A stretch of DNA of 64,000 nucleotides. It comes from Flectonema sp. DT1601 (Eukaryota). Each line of letters opens with the position of its first letter. Positions within the stretch are counted from its first letter, which is position 1. The stretch is from contig OZ025804.1 in the NCBI GenBank assembly GCA_964019425.1, forward strand, positions 248,001 to 312,000, read 5' to 3'. Below the pieces are notes generated by a model, which ran no database searches, was not told where the DNA came from, and was given only the letters and a program-made list of their open reading frames with translations. Shown piece after piece: positions 1 through 12,220 of the stretch. The position numbers and the translations under genes were made by a program.

Positions 1-576
1 AACTAAATTGTTTTTTTCTTTTTTCTCCCACTATTCTCCCTTTCATTCCCCCTCTGTTTTTTTTTTTTTTTTTTCCCTTAGTCGTTTATGAAGATGAAGT
101 GCAGTATTATAAAAAAAAAAAAAAAAAAAAAAATGCGATCTACAGAAATTTTTCATTTTCTCTTTTCAAACAAATCTAGTGGTCGTCTTCAACACTTCCC
201 GAGATGAACAATGAAAAGTGGGTGCGAACTCATTAATACTAAAAAAAAACAAAAAAAAAAAAATGTAACACCACACAACAATAAAAAGTATGGAGCAGAC
301 ACAAAAGATTGCATTGCTTGTTCGCGTAACGTTCAACTCAGGGATTTTCTTTTGTTGTTATTGTTACTGCTTGCTTTGCTTATTTGTTTGTGTGCACTCT
401 GCTTCTCTGCGGTTCATTATTTTCCTCTTTAGTAAATTAATATATTTGATAAAACAGCCCATACACCATGAAGGGGGGAAAAACATAAATGTGATCCTTT
501 GTAGGGAATAATATTATTTGTGACTTGTTGTTAGCGTTCTGTTAGTTATTTCTCAGGTAAACAACACTTGTTAGAA

Positions 577-1234
577 ATGTCAACCCTCCGCGGTGGTGAT
601 CGTAAGATCGACTGGGCTGAACTCAGTGGTAAGCTGCCATCGTCAAAGACCGCAGCTGACAAACAAAAGCGTCGTCAAATCTTCAACGGGATGGATATGA
701 ATGGGAATGGATATTTAAGTCTTGCTGAAGTAGACAAGGGTGTGAGAGATGTATTGAAATCTGATGACTTGTTTGATTGTAAGCCTGCCATGTTGCGAGC
801 ATTTAATGCTGTGAAGGACACAGCGCCTGCACACACTCCGCACTCGGACGATTACGTGACGAGATCTGAATTCAGATTGCTTATGGTTTGTTTTGTTTTG
901 TTTTAATGTTATTGAGTGTACCAATGTCGGAGGGGGAATATCTGACTATCAAGAATCCCACAATCCCATAATGAAACACAAACAGGTATCCCTCCGTCAA
1001 ATGTTCGAACTGTGGCACATGTTTGAATTAATCGATACAGGTGATGACAGAAGAGTTGATGAATCAGAGTTCACGAAAGCCGTTCCGATGATTCAGAAAT
1101 GGGGAGTGAAGGTCGATGATCCGTCAGCGACATTCAAAGAAATCGATGCCAATGGAGGAGGGCAAGTGTTGTTTGCAGAGTTTGTTGACTGGGCAATGAA
1201 GAAGGGTCTCGACCTTGAAGATGATGACGACTAA
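577..1234 (+). CDS. Flagellar calcium-binding protein (FCaBP/calflagin-like, EF-hand), copy 1; exons 577-885 and 986-1234
   Basis: EF-hand loops DMNGNGYLSLAE, DTGDDRRVDESE and DANGGGQVLFAE. Removing GT-AG intron 886-985 joins EFRLLM to VSLRQMFEL in frame (185 aa). Confidence 0.9.
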
Positions 1235-1512
1235 AATAAGAAAACCGAAAAGTTTTTATTATTTTTCAAAAAAAAAAAAAAAAATTACCCCGAAAAAAAG
1301 TATAAAAAAAAAAGTTAAAAACTCTATACCTCGCAATCCAAGAAAATAAGAAAATGTATTTTTCCGAGTCCTAATCTACACGAAAAAAAAAAGACAAAAC
1401 AAAAGAAGACAACAATAACTTGTAAATAGTCCCTTGGTGACTCCCCCCAGCTCAATACTTCCAAATATAGATTCTCATTATTATTATTTCTTTTACCAGC
1501 AAATACAGTCTC

Positions 1513-2244
1513 ATGGCTGAAAGAGACGTCGTAAAGGACGCGCTTGATATCCTAAAGAGTGGCCTATCCCTACCTCCAGAACACGGGCTCTATAATATAA
1601 GACTCAGTGACGACAGGGGATTTAAACTTCTACAAAGTGGTACCATAGTAAACAAGCCCGGTTGTATAACAAAAACACTTATATTTCCGTTGGGGTATAA
1701 AGGTGAACGCCAGGAGATAAACTGGGTTAATGGAAGTATATTTTGGTACACTGTTGGGACTGCTGAGATCGATGGTGAGATTACCTTCGTAGTTGAGGGT
1801 CCAGATGGACTAAAAATACGAGGCCTCTCACCACTTGCAACGTATCGCAGTTTTGTAAGAAAACTCCACGATGCGGAACAAAAACCTTTGGCGATGTGTT
1901 CTGCTCATCGATTTTTTGGATTCTCAATACCAACAGTGAAGGAAATACTTTTTCATCTACCTGGTGTTGCTTCTCGTAAACTCCCAAGTCGAATACTTCC
2001 ACCTCCACGACCTGAATTACAGAAGCGATCTCTTCACTCATTCGGTTCAATGAAAACACCCAAACTTGTAACAGAACTACACTCACAGGACTTCTTTATT
2101 GATCCTAAGGCAGCAGCTTCAAAAGAAACAGAAATCCGAAATTGTCTGCGTTCTCTTGGGTTTGATGTTAAGTATCCAGATATTCCTCAGTCAGATACGA
2201 AATGTTTTATTAATATGTTGTTTCCTAAGCAAGAGGAGGAGTGA
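1513..2244 (+). CDS. FYRN/FYRC (FY-rich) domain protein
   Basis: 243-aa ORF with IFPLGYKGER (FYRN-like) and HRFFGFSIPTV...LPG (FYRC-like) motifs; pyrimidine tract and AG just upstream. Confidence 0.7.
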   Translation: MAERDVVKDALDILKSGLSLPPEHGLYNIRLSDDRGFKLLQSGTIVNKPGCITKTLIFPLGYKGERQEINWVNGSIFWYTVGTAEIDGEITFVVEGPDGLKIRGLSPLATYRSFVRKLHDAEQKPLAMCSAHRFFGFSIPTVKEILFHLPGVASRKLPSRILPPPRPELQKRSLHSFGSMKTPKLVTELHSQDFFIDPKAAASKETEIRNCLRSLGFDVKYPDIPQSDTKCFINMLFPKQEEE

Positions 2245-2364
2245 TGCTTCGTTTGTTGTTATTTTGTTTTGTTATTCTTCAGGTTAGCTTTTGTTGTTGT
2301 CGATGATGATGTGCTAGTGATTATTTATATTTACTTCTTCAGGTTAACCTTTACCTTTCACAAC

Positions 2365-3048
2365 ATGTCAACCCTCCGCGGTGGTGATCGTAAGATCGAC
2401 TGGGCTGAACTCAGTGGTAAGCTGCCATCGTCAAAGACCGCAGCTGACAAACAAAAGCGTCGTCAAATCTTCAACGGGATGGATATGAATGGGAATGGAT
2501 ATTTAAGTCTTGCTGAAGTAGACAAGGGTGTGAGAGATGTATTGAAATCTGATGATTTGTTTGATTGTAAACCTGCCATGTTGCGAGCATTTAATGCTGT
2601 GAAGGACACAGCTCCTGCACACACTCCGCACTCGGACGATTACGTGACGAGATCTGAATTTAGATTGCTTATGGTTTGTTTTGTTTTATTTTATCTTTCC
2701 TGCTGATATCGTGAGGTTCCAATTATTCTCTCACTGCCACAACAGCTTAGAAAATCTGACTATCAAGAATCCCACAATCCCATAATGAAACACAAACAGG
2801 TATCCCTCCGTCAAATGTTCGAACTGTGGCACATGTTTGAATTAATCGATACAGGTGATGACAGAAGAGTTGACGAATCAGAGTTCACGAAAGCCGTTCC
2901 GATGATTCAGAAATGGGGAGTGAAGGTCGATGATCCATCAGCGACGTTCAAAGAAATCGATGCCAATGGAGGAGGGCAAGTGTTGTTTGCAGAGTTTGTT
3001 GACTGGGCAATGAAGAAGGGTCTCGACCTTGAAGATGATGACGACTAA
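2365..3048 (+). CDS. Flagellar calcium-binding protein, copy 2; exons 2365-2673 and 2800-3048
   Basis: Same protein as copy 1; intron 2674-2799 at the same position. Confidence 0.9.
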
Positions 3049-3440
3049 AAAAAAGTATAAAAGTAAAAGTGTAAAAAATAGTCAAAAAAAAAAGAGTAAA
3101 AAAAAACAATACTTACACCTCCCTCACAATATAGTAGTCTTTTCCTCTCTATATATTTTTTCCCCCCCTTCATTTTCCGATTATTGCCATCTAGGCTCAC
3201 ATAATGGATTTTGAACTCTCTCGAAATCTCTACAACAATAGTATCCTTTTTTTTTTAAAGTACAAAAAAAAAAAAAAATTCAAAAAAAAAAAAAAAAAAA
3301 AAGGGTGCGACCACCTGCAATACGGTGCTCGACTTGTTTGTTACAGTCAGTCGGGAAATTGTTAAATTTTCAAATTCAAATTTTCTTCCCCTACAGTTGT
3401 GTAGTTTTCCAAGAAAAAAAAAAAAAAAAAAGGAAAGAAG

Positions 3441-4205
3441 ATGCAATACAGCGAAGTAAAGAAAAAGGGTGTAAGCGATTTGATGAGCGCCTTATTTACT
3501 GCAGTCTCTGAAGCAGAACGAGAACGCGAACGAGAAGAGTTCGCCGCCCTAGTAATAGGATGTAAGTGGAAAGGATTCGTAGACCATAAATTATATTGGA
3601 GAAAGAAAAAAAGTACATTAACTGCTCAGAGAGTATTCAGAGGTCATCGTGGTAGGGTTAAAGCAGAAGAAAGGAAGATTGAACAATTAAAGAGAGAGAG
3701 GATGTTGTTATTTGATTACTTTGCTACTAATATTCAAAGACTTTACAGAGGATACAGGGATAGGAAGTACTTATGTGATAATCATGCGAGAAAGAAATAT
3801 CTTCGGGAAGTTGAAAAACGAAGTGCGGAAGTCCGTCTTGCATGCACCTCACACTACGAAGCTCAAGTAGAGGAATTGAAACAAAAAGAAAAAGATCAAT
3901 ATTTATCAAAGTTTCATTGTGTTTCTAAACATCTTCTTTACATTGCTTCAACATCATCCATACCAGGGATACTCGCTGCTAAGGAGTTAAAACCTGAGTT
4001 ACATGAAGCTTTCGGTGCCACAGCTGAATCTGCTCTTCGACACCACCATCTTCATCAAAGCAATAAATACCGTCCTAGACTGAAGGAACGCTCATTGAAA
4101 ACAACCGTCAACACGACACTCAATGATGGCAGTCGAAAGCCTTTTGTAGCTGCAGTTAGTAACACGAGGTCTTTACTTTCCAGACCTCTGAAGTACAGTG
4201 AGTAG
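3441..4205 (+). CDS. IQ-motif protein, SPATA17-like
   Basis: IQ motifs AQRVFRGHRGR and IQRLYRGYRDR, followed by a helical region and HLLYIASTSSIPG. Confidence 0.7.
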   Translation: MQYSEVKKKGVSDLMSALFTAVSEAEREREREEFAALVIGCKWKGFVDHKLYWRKKKSTLTAQRVFRGHRGRVKAEERKIEQLKRERMLLFDYFATNIQRLYRGYRDRKYLCDNHARKKYLREVEKRSAEVRLACTSHYEAQVEELKQKEKDQYLSKFHCVSKHLLYIASTSSIPGILAAKELKPELHEAFGATAESALRHHHLHQSNKYRPRLKERSLKTTVNTTLNDGSRKPFVAAVSNTRSLLSRPLKYSE

Positions 4206-4691
4206 TTGTTGTTCGTCCTTCGAGGAGGTTTTCAAAAAGTATTAAAGAGTCTCATTACTGTTTCTACAGACAATGTTGTTGAAAGATTATTTATTACTTT
4301 TATACTTTCGATCAGACCAGTTCTGTGAACAAGTTGGTTTCCTCTGAATTGAAATGGATTTTTGTTCTGTTTTTTTTTTTTTTTTGAAAAAAAAAAAAAA
4401 AAAAAGAAAACTCGCGAATCACCCTCTTATGAGAAATCGTGTAAACGCCGGTTGTATGATACTCACTTTGTGATTTTTTTTTTTTTTTGTGTGTTTCGGT
4501 TGTTGCAAACTCGTTTCTGCAAACTCACAAGAAGTACACAAATTCTCTTTTTCATCAGATCTCACACTTTCACAACATACAAAATCGAGATATTCACATG
4601 TGCTCTTCTGTTTTAGAGATAGTTCTTTTGGAGTACTATTTATTCTTTAAATTTCAATTTTATTTTAAGTAGCCCCGTTGTTTTGCCAAAT

Positions 4692-7481
4692 ATGACGGGA
4701 AATGCTGCGGTCCGCGTTATGGTACGCGTGAGGCCGTTTAATCAGAGGGAGTCATCGAGTGGTCCTGTGATTAGCATGACTGAATGTAATACAACCGTGT
4801 ATGATCCAAATAATGAATTTAAAGTCAAGGATTCATTTGGTTATGATAAATGTTTATGGAGCACTCTATCTGATAAAATGAAATCAAAAAGTCTCATTCC
4901 TAAAACTGAAATCACAAGTGCTGATCAAGAATACGTTTATCAATGTGTTGGTCCTGAGATTCTTGCAAGCATGTGGGATGGATATAATACGTGTCTGTTT
5001 GCGTATGGACAAACTGGTTCGGGAAAGACATACACAATGATGGGAGATATTTATAATAAAACTAACCGGGGAGTTATTCCAAGACTGTGTGAAGAGATGT
5101 TTTCAAGAATTAAAAAAGAACAATCGGAAACACCCACGCTATCATTCAAAGTTGACGCCTCGTATCATGAAATCTATAACGAAAAAGTTATCGATTTATT
5201 AGATAAATCTCAAAATCAACTCAGAGTACGTCAGCATCCTTTAAACGGCCCTTTCGTTGAAGGATTATCAACTCATCAGGTTAATGACGTCGCTGGCATT
5301 TTCAGTTTATTGAGAAGAGGTGGATCAGAAAGGTCTACTGCAACAACTAATCTGAATGACAATAGCAGTCGATCTCATGCGATCTTCACACTAACAATAA
5401 CAAGATTAACAATTAGTGGACAAGTCATCGATACCATACAAACTCGTACTCGAGTGTCAAAAGTTAATTTAGTCGATCTCGCAGGGTCTGAACGTGTTGC
5501 CAGCTCTGGCGTCCACGGAGATCGTTTCGAAGAAGCAAGAAATATAAACCTGTCACTAACAACTCTCGGAAGGGTAATCGATTGTCTAGTTGAGAGGTCA
5601 GAAAAGAAATATGGAGGTAAGCTACCCCCCTACAGAGAATCAGCTCTCACGTGGCTTTTATCTGACTCACTTGGTGGTAACAGCAAAACCTTTATGATAG
5701 CAACCATCAGTCCAAGTAGTACAAACTTTAATGAAACACTCAGCACACTTAGATATTCATCAAAGGCTCGTCATATTATTAATAAGGCGACGGTTAACAA
5801 GGAAGAAGAGTCTGGGAAACTCACGGCTGAATTACGTGAAAAAATTTCAACTTTGCATAACAGACTACGAACAAAAGAAAAACATTGGTCATCCGTCAAC
5901 GAGTCTCTAGAAGAACGCTGCATCGCAGCAGAAACAGAAGTTGAAGCACTCAGAAACTACATAACATCTTTAGAAGCGAAGCTTGGCTCTCATGGGAAAT
6001 TCAGACAAAGCGATGGAGAAATAGAACGAATTTCAAAGAATCTCAAAGAAGAAAGATCAAAATCCAGGAGATTAGAAAAACAAGTTCGTCGCTTGGAGCA
6101 GCAACTCGACGTTTCGAAATTTAATTTCGACCAGGAAATGAAAGAACTAACACACCAACTAAAGAATGAAGGTCTCAGATTGAAGGAATATCACGCAGAG
6201 TTAGAATCAAAAGAAGATGAAGTTAGGAAGCTATTCGACGAACAAGACAGAACAACATCAGAAAGAGATCTGCTACTCGAACAGCTACAACGACTTGAAT
6301 CTGAACACCAACACAATCTCTCAGTCAGAGAAGCAGAAAAAGAAAAATCCCATCGCATCAACGTCCTCCGTAAAATAACTAGAGATCAGGAAGCTGCGAA
6401 GGACAAAGCTGAAACGACATTGAAAGTTGTGGAATCGGAGAATCAGAATTTATCTCAGAAGGTTGTTCATCTACAGCGAGAACTACGAGTCTCAATGGAT
6501 GCTAATAATCAATTACAAGATGCATCGGAAGCCTCTAAAAAGATGGAAACCGAAACCAGAGGAGATCTCACCAAAACTATCTCAGATCTTCAATCGCAAC
6601 TATCAACCGCAAAGAGTGAAGTCGACGCATCAAAGCAAGTTAGAATTTCACTGTCGACCATGCAATCGGAGTTGGTGGCTGCCAAGACTGATTCTCTAGC
6701 GAGAGAACAACACTTTCGCAATGAAATTGATGGAATGAATGTACAAATAGAAACACATCAGAGAGCGAAACAAGTCTCAGAAAACCAATTAAAGATGGAA
6801 AAATCCAATTTAAAGAAACTACGTCAAACAATTATCCACGATAAAGAAATAACAACAAATATGGTACAGCAAGTATCGTCATTGGAAACGGAACGATCTT
6901 CGTTAAGAGAGAGAGTCACCGCTCTACAGCATCGGATAGAACGCGTTCCTGAAAATGAAAGTAAATTAGAAGATAAGATACAACTACTCACAAATAAGTG
7001 TAATGACCTTCAGGGTGAACTTAATCTCAAAGAAGAAGGTTCAGTGGTTGAGACTGCTCTTGTAACTACGAATAAAAGTTTAAGAGAAAAATTACATCGA
7101 CAAAAATTAATAATTGAAAAATTGCAAGCAGAACTATCCTGCAGCTTAGGACTGAATACGATCAATAAATTATTTGAAGAGCAGGCTCACGACATTGAGA
7201 AGCTAACAAAATACCACGACAAAACTGAGCAAAAAGTAAATGTAGTGACTTCGTCTTTGAATGATGCTGTTTTAAAAAATATTGATACTTTTAAAAAAGA
7301 AATGTCTACAGACATCCAACAACGTACTGAAGGATTGAATAAAGTATGCCATCACATATCTTCTTTATTAACCGGTGATGTGAGTAAAAACAACAACAAC
7401 AGCAAAAACAACAACACAAAACAGGTCTGTGACAATACAAAACTTCTTGAAGAAGCATTTCTAAACCAAAGACGACTCTAG
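4692..7481 (+). CDS. Kinesin (kinesin-3/Unc104-like motor) with long coiled-coil tail
   Basis: VRVRPFN, P-loop GQTGSGKT, NSSRSHA, LVDLAGSE, PYRES and LGGNSKT motifs; heptad-rich C-terminus. Confidence 0.95.
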   Translation: MTGNAAVRVMVRVRPFNQRESSSGPVISMTECNTTVYDPNNEFKVKDSFGYDKCLWSTLSDKMKSKSLIPKTEITSADQEYVYQCVGPEILASMWDGYNTCLFAYGQTGSGKTYTMMGDIYNKTNRGVIPRLCEEMFSRIKKEQSETPTLSFKVDASYHEIYNEKVIDLLDKSQNQLRVRQHPLNGPFVEGLSTHQVNDVAGIFSLLRRGGSERSTATTNLNDNSSRSHAIFTLTITRLTISGQVIDTIQTRTRVSKVNLVDLAGSERVASSGVHGDRFEEARNINLSLTTLGRVIDCLVERSEKKYGGKLPPYRESALTWLLSDSLGGNSKTFMIATISPSSTNFNETLSTLRYSSKARHIINKATVNKEEESGKLTAELREKISTLHNRLRTKEKHWSSVNESLEERCIAAETEVEALRNYITSLEAKLGSHGKFRQSDGEIERISKNLKEERSKSRRLEKQVRRLEQQLDVSKFNFDQEMKELTHQLKNEGLRLKEYHAELESKEDEVRKLFDEQDRTTSERDLLLEQLQRLESEHQHNLSVREAEKEKSHRINVLRKITRDQEAAKDKAETTLKVVESENQNLSQKVVHLQRELRVSMDANNQLQDASEASKKMETETRGDLTKTISDLQSQLSTAKSEVDASKQVRISLSTMQSELVAAKTDSLAREQHFRNEIDGMNVQIETHQRAKQVSENQLKMEKSNLKKLRQTIIHDKEITTNMVQQVSSLETERSSLRERVTALQHRIERVPENESKLEDKIQLLTNKCNDLQGELNLKEEGSVVETALVTTNKSLREKLHRQKLIIEKLQAELSCSLGLNTINKLFEEQAHDIEKLTKYHDKTEQKVNVVTSSLNDAVLKNIDTFKKEMSTDIQQRTEGLNKVCHHISSLLTGDVSKNNNNSKNNNTKQVCDNTKLLEEAFLNQRRL

Positions 7482-7699
7482 ATAGGGATACCTGCTGTGG
7501 GAAGAATTCTAATGTATAATAACTGTATAACAGTAATGCGATCAAAGAGTAAAAAAAAAAAAACCAAACCAAAACAATAAAAACCCCTCCGACGTTTAAC
7601 TTTTGATGCGATATATTTTAATCACAGTATCAAGTTACCTCCGACCTCAGAAAAAAAAAAAAAAAAAAATAGTACTAAATTACCCCTCCGCTTTCTTTG

Positions 7700-8515
7700 A
7701 TTAGCAACTACAAAATATTTTTTTCGGTCAAATATTTTTTGACTGTTTTTACAATTGTCAAAGTTTCACCCCTCCGCTATGTACATAAAGATAAAACAAA
7801 TACGCAGATTTTTTTTGTTGTTCTCGGCAAGTCACTTATAAAAAGATTTTTTTTTTTTTTAAAAACTGTAGAATAGGAATAATTTTATTTCATGTAAAAC
7901 CTTTTTCTTTTTTTGATTTGGATTTTTCCTCACAAAAAAAGATTGCCTTAAATTAAATTAAAGCAAAAAAAGCGAAACCAATTTTTTTTTTTTTTTGCCT
8001 TTTTGATGATCATGAATTATTGTTTCAGTAGCAGTGAGTAGTTAAGAAAATTAAAAAAAAGCAATAAAAGTGTCCCACCCTGAATGATGTATAGAAATTA
8101 ATAAATTCAATTCTTTTTTTTAAATATATTTTTTTTTTAAATTTTTCTTTTGTAATAATAACCAGTTAAATTTATACATAAAAAACCAATCATTCCCCTC
8201 TAGATGGGAACGAATTTTTCAGTCAAGTACTTTGATATTAATTTTGTTTTTTAATACCCTAAAGTTTGTTACTGTTTTTACATTGTCAAAGTTTCATCCC
8301 CCGCCCGAGGTTTGCAAATCCATCAGTTGATTTGTGAACCATACCTGCTTTTGCGTCAAACCAACCATAACTGAGTTAAACCACTCTAGATGGGAACGGA
8401 TGGGTAAAATTACAATGCGATTTGCGGAATCCAGTTAAAGTGATTCATGTCTAATTTGTTGCGTGTTAAACGTTGATTTATTTATCCAAGTCCCCCCCCA
8501 GATGATGGGAAAGGA
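7700..8515. repeat. Short dispersed repeat family (pieces at 7700-7772, 8215-8300, 8383-8399, 10981-10996 and in intron 20528-20592)
   Basis: Shared strings TTAGCAACTACAAATA, TTTCAGTCAA...TTTGATATTAATTTTG, TTGTCAAAGTTTCA and CTCTAGATGGGAACG. Confidence 0.6.
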
Positions 8516-8721
8516 TAGGTAAAACAGTTTTTTTTTTTTTGAATTATTTCTTTCGTCTTTTCTCCAACTGACGTCGGAGAATTATTATTATTTTTTTTTT
8601 TTTTTTTTTTGTGTGTGTCAACAATAAAACATTTTTTTTAAAATTTTTAATTTTTTAAATTTTTTTTTCTTTTTTAATTAGATGTTATTTCCACAGCGTT
8701 TCATAGATTTTAATTTAATTT

Positions 8722-8757
<36 letters not shown>

Positions 8758-8966
8758 GCTTCTCGTTCCCTCAATCAAATAGACTGCCTTGTTTTACTTC
8801 ATCTAAGTCACTACAGAAAATTTAATGTATGCGAAAAAACAGTAACTATGACTTATAGAAAAAAAAAAAAAAATTGTTGGCTGCTTTTCTTATTATTATT
8901 ATTATTTTTTTGATCACAAAAAAAAAAAACAGCATCTTTTCACCAAAAAAAAAAAAAAATTATAAT

Positions 8967-10466
8967 ATGGGAATCTGGCGTGATTGGTGGAAAGGTGATG
9001 ATCAATGGAAGTTATTTTGGGCTCTCGCATGGCCGCAAGCAATGAGTGATAGTTCGTTGGTGATAAGTCAGATCGTTGACACTGCTTGTATTGGGCACAT
9101 TGTTGGAGTCGATGCCATGGCTGCAGCATCCATAGCCCAAGCGTTTATGAGCCTTACTCAAATCTTCGCTTTGTCCACAGCGAACTGTCTTAATACGTTG
9201 TGTCCACAAGCACTCGGATCTGGTAATAAAAAACTAGCAGGTGTTTGGCTACAGGCTGGAATCGTTTGCTTTTCCTTCGCGATTGTACCAGTTTTTTTTA
9301 TTTGGTGGTTTTCCACTGAAAAAGCTCTCAGAGCAATGGGTATGGCAGATGACGTGTCTCACATGGCACTTAGATTCGCAAAGTATTCCATCCCGGCTTA
9401 CTATTTTCAAGGCATCCGTTATTGTTGTGAACAATATTTTGCTTCGATTCATATTGCAAAACCTGCTATGATAGCAAATCTGTTTTTTACAGCTGCGAAC
9501 TTGGGATTCAACATCCTGTTTATGTCTGGTATTCCGGGGACGTCGTGGGATGGTTTAGGTTATATTGGATCTCCTATTTCTAATGCAGTTTGTCAATCGT
9601 TACAAGTAACTGCTTACTTAACTTATTGTTGTTACGTGAAACAATATCACAAAGACTATTGGCCTGATACTCCTGTTCATAAAAACTTAACTCTCGCAAG
9701 AATGAAAGAATACGCAAAACTATCAGTTCCGATGGCATTAGGGATGCTTCTTGAGGAAGGACAATGGCAATTATTAATGGTTTTTACTGCACATTTGGGA
9801 TCTGCTGACGTGTCTGCATGGGCTTGTGTTGGTATTCTGTGGCAAATTCTATCATCAGCGTCTTTTGGATTTTGTAAAGCTGTAAACATTCGAGTAGCTC
9901 ATTTACTAGGTTCTGGTGAACTCAAAGACACCTTTCGAACGATAGCATACGGAATGATATCAGTCGGGTTATTTAGTGTTTTATCTGGAGTGTCTGTTTA
10001 TTCTTTTCGAGATTACGTTGGTAAAATCTACACCACCGATGATAAAGTAATCAGCTCTATTAAAGGAATGTGTTGGTTGATGGCAGTCTCACTACTACCT
10101 CTTAACTTAGGAGCTGTTGGTTTATTCGTTCTTGATGCTCAAGGACGTCCTAGTGTCTCAGCAGCTATTATCGCACTTGGTACATGGGGATTAAACGTTC
10201 CGTTAGCAGCTGTGTTTATATACAAATATGACCTTGGTCCAAAGGGACCACTACTGGCAGCAATCTCAGGCTATGGTGCTTCAATGACAGCTTGTTCAGT
10301 ATTGCTTTATTTTTCAAATTGGGAAAAGTACATCAGACAAGCGAGGGAGAGAAGTGAAATTCTCAGAAAAGAGAAAGAAAAAGAAGAACAGGCAGCAAAG
10401 GACATCGAGTCTGGTTCTAGCAGCGATGAGGACCAAATCGACGAGAGCCGTCCGCTCATTCAATAG
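8967..10466 (+). CDS. MATE family efflux transporter
   Basis: About 12 hydrophobic helices with MATE motifs (LAWP...VDTACIGH, TLCPQALGS, IRVAHLLGSG, DAQGRP). First ATG at 8967. Confidence 0.93.
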   Translation: MGIWRDWWKGDDQWKLFWALAWPQAMSDSSLVISQIVDTACIGHIVGVDAMAAASIAQAFMSLTQIFALSTANCLNTLCPQALGSGNKKLAGVWLQAGIVCFSFAIVPVFFIWWFSTEKALRAMGMADDVSHMALRFAKYSIPAYYFQGIRYCCEQYFASIHIAKPAMIANLFFTAANLGFNILFMSGIPGTSWDGLGYIGSPISNAVCQSLQVTAYLTYCCYVKQYHKDYWPDTPVHKNLTLARMKEYAKLSVPMALGMLLEEGQWQLLMVFTAHLGSADVSAWACVGILWQILSSASFGFCKAVNIRVAHLLGSGELKDTFRTIAYGMISVGLFSVLSGVSVYSFRDYVGKIYTTDDKVISSIKGMCWLMAVSLLPLNLGAVGLFVLDAQGRPSVSAAIIALGTWGLNVPLAAVFIYKYDLGPKGPLLAAISGYGASMTACSVLLYFSNWEKYIRQARERSEILRKEKEKEEQAAKDIESGSSSDEDQIDESRPLIQ

Positions 10467-11104
10467 CAGTGATTGCCTTGGTGGATTACAAATATGTTCT
10501 GTTTCTCTTGTCTCTCAAAAAGCGAATATAATAACAAAGAAAACCCTTCACGTTGTTATGTTGTTATCCTCTCGTATAACATGCTCACTAATGTGATAAT
10601 GAATACGATCGCATAAATGAGGTTGTCAGGGGTTTCTTTTTTTCCTTTCACTCAATTGTAAAACCTTCTCTTGTCTATTTCGTGCACGTAGTAAAGCTTT
10701 AATGCTTGCCCTACCTTAGGCGTGGCCTTGTTTATTTTTATTCCATTTTCTTGGGAAGCCTCTACCTCTCCAAATCATCCTACTTTTTTAACTAATGTTC
10801 GATAAGCTTCCCCCCCTTCGCTTAAGAATGCGGTATCATATTACCCTCTTTTTGTTTCTCGTTGTTTTGTCTTTTCTTCTTTTCCCTGTGAGCCATCTGT
10901 ATGGGTGGGTGGGAACCTCTGTTTCTTTTTCTTTTTCATATTTTTTTTTTAAATTCCCGCGTTCTTTTGTATTAATAAAAGTTGTCAAAGTTTCACTCTG
11001 TTTTCTAAGGTCCTGAAGTGGAAGAAATCTTTTTAAGCGGGGGAAAAAAAAAAAAAAAAAAAAAAAAACTGAAATCACTTCTGATTTATTACCACGATCA
11101 GATA

Positions 11105-11274
11105 ACGTGGGGAGGTGATATTTCACAAACAGCTGGTTGCATCTTAGCTGGGGATCTATTCCCGAGTTGGTCTTTATGTATAAAAAAAACAAACCAAAAT
11201 AAAATAAAATTGAACATCGTCCTATTTCCTTTTCCTACTGGTGAACTACATAAATAGGGCTGTTCTTCACAAAC

Positions 11275-11310
<36 letters not shown>

Positions 11311-11765
11311 CAAGAGCTTAATATTTTCCTAGGAATGTTGTCAAAATTGACTTAAGCACAACTACCCCTGGGATTCTAGCTCGTGAACGACGAAAGTCAA
11401 TTTATATATTTAAAAAAAAAAAGAATTAATTAAAATTACTACTAATTTATTTACTACAACGTGTGGGGAGGTGATATTTCACAAACGTCTGGTTGCATCT
11501 TAGCTGGGGATCTATTCCCGAGTTGGTCTTTATGTATAAAAAAAACAAACCAAAATAAAATAAAATTGAACATCGTCCTATTTTTTTTCCTACTGGTGAA
11601 CTACATAAATAGGGCTGTTCTTCACAAACGTTTTTTTTTTTTTTTTTTTTTTCTTTTTTTTTGCCAAGAGCTTATAATTTTCCTAGGAACGGTTTTTTTG
11701 TTGCCAAAATTGAACCAAGCAAACTACCTCCGGAATTCTAACTCGTGAACGACGAGAGTCAATTT
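11105..11765. repeat. Tandem duplication of a ~357-bp non-coding unit with hairpin modules
   Basis: 11105-11403 and 11461-11765 are near-identical apart from homopolymer lengths. Confidence 0.85.
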
Positions 11766-12220
11766 ATAAATTTAAAAAAAAAAAAAAAAAAAAAAACATC
11801 TTCCTAGCTTTGCATTTCTAGCTCGCATCTTCCTTTCACAGACTGCTATATTGCTGAACATTCTTTTTAAAATAAAAGTAAATTACTATTCGTAGAAGAA
11901 GGAGGATATGTCATTTGATTTTCTGACCGCCCTTGAGCAAACTGCCTTCGATATACCTCTGAGAGATTTCAGAAGTACCCAATCACACCCTGCTATCCTA
12001 TAAGGGTGTTAATCTGTTTTTCATTTTTTTTTTTGTTGTTGTTATTGTTTTCCGAGTATATATTAATGGACAGGTCGAGTGCCATTACCCCCCTGCGATA
12101 ATTTCCGCCATCAATATCGCCTGTTGATGATGTTAAAAAGCTCTTTCGTTTTACGAGAGCGAGAGTAACGTCGACGTAGTAAATTATAACATTTTTTAAC
12201 ACGAACAGCCCTCCATTGAA

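Noticed and set aside
211..511. Short ORFs in homopolymer-rich intergenic DNA (also 4362, 10795, 21325, 26137, 28550 and others) and antisense ORFs inside genes
   Set aside because: Low-complexity poly-F/poly-K translations or shadows of real genes.
8841..8853. AGTAACTATGACT matches LSU rRNA
   Set aside because: Only 13 nt with no flanking similarity; likely chance.
11344..11403. Possible twister ribozyme (UUAA...GGAUUCUAGCUC)
   Set aside because: P2/P4 and pseudoknot pairings do not form consistently, and the duplicate copy lacks the UAA.
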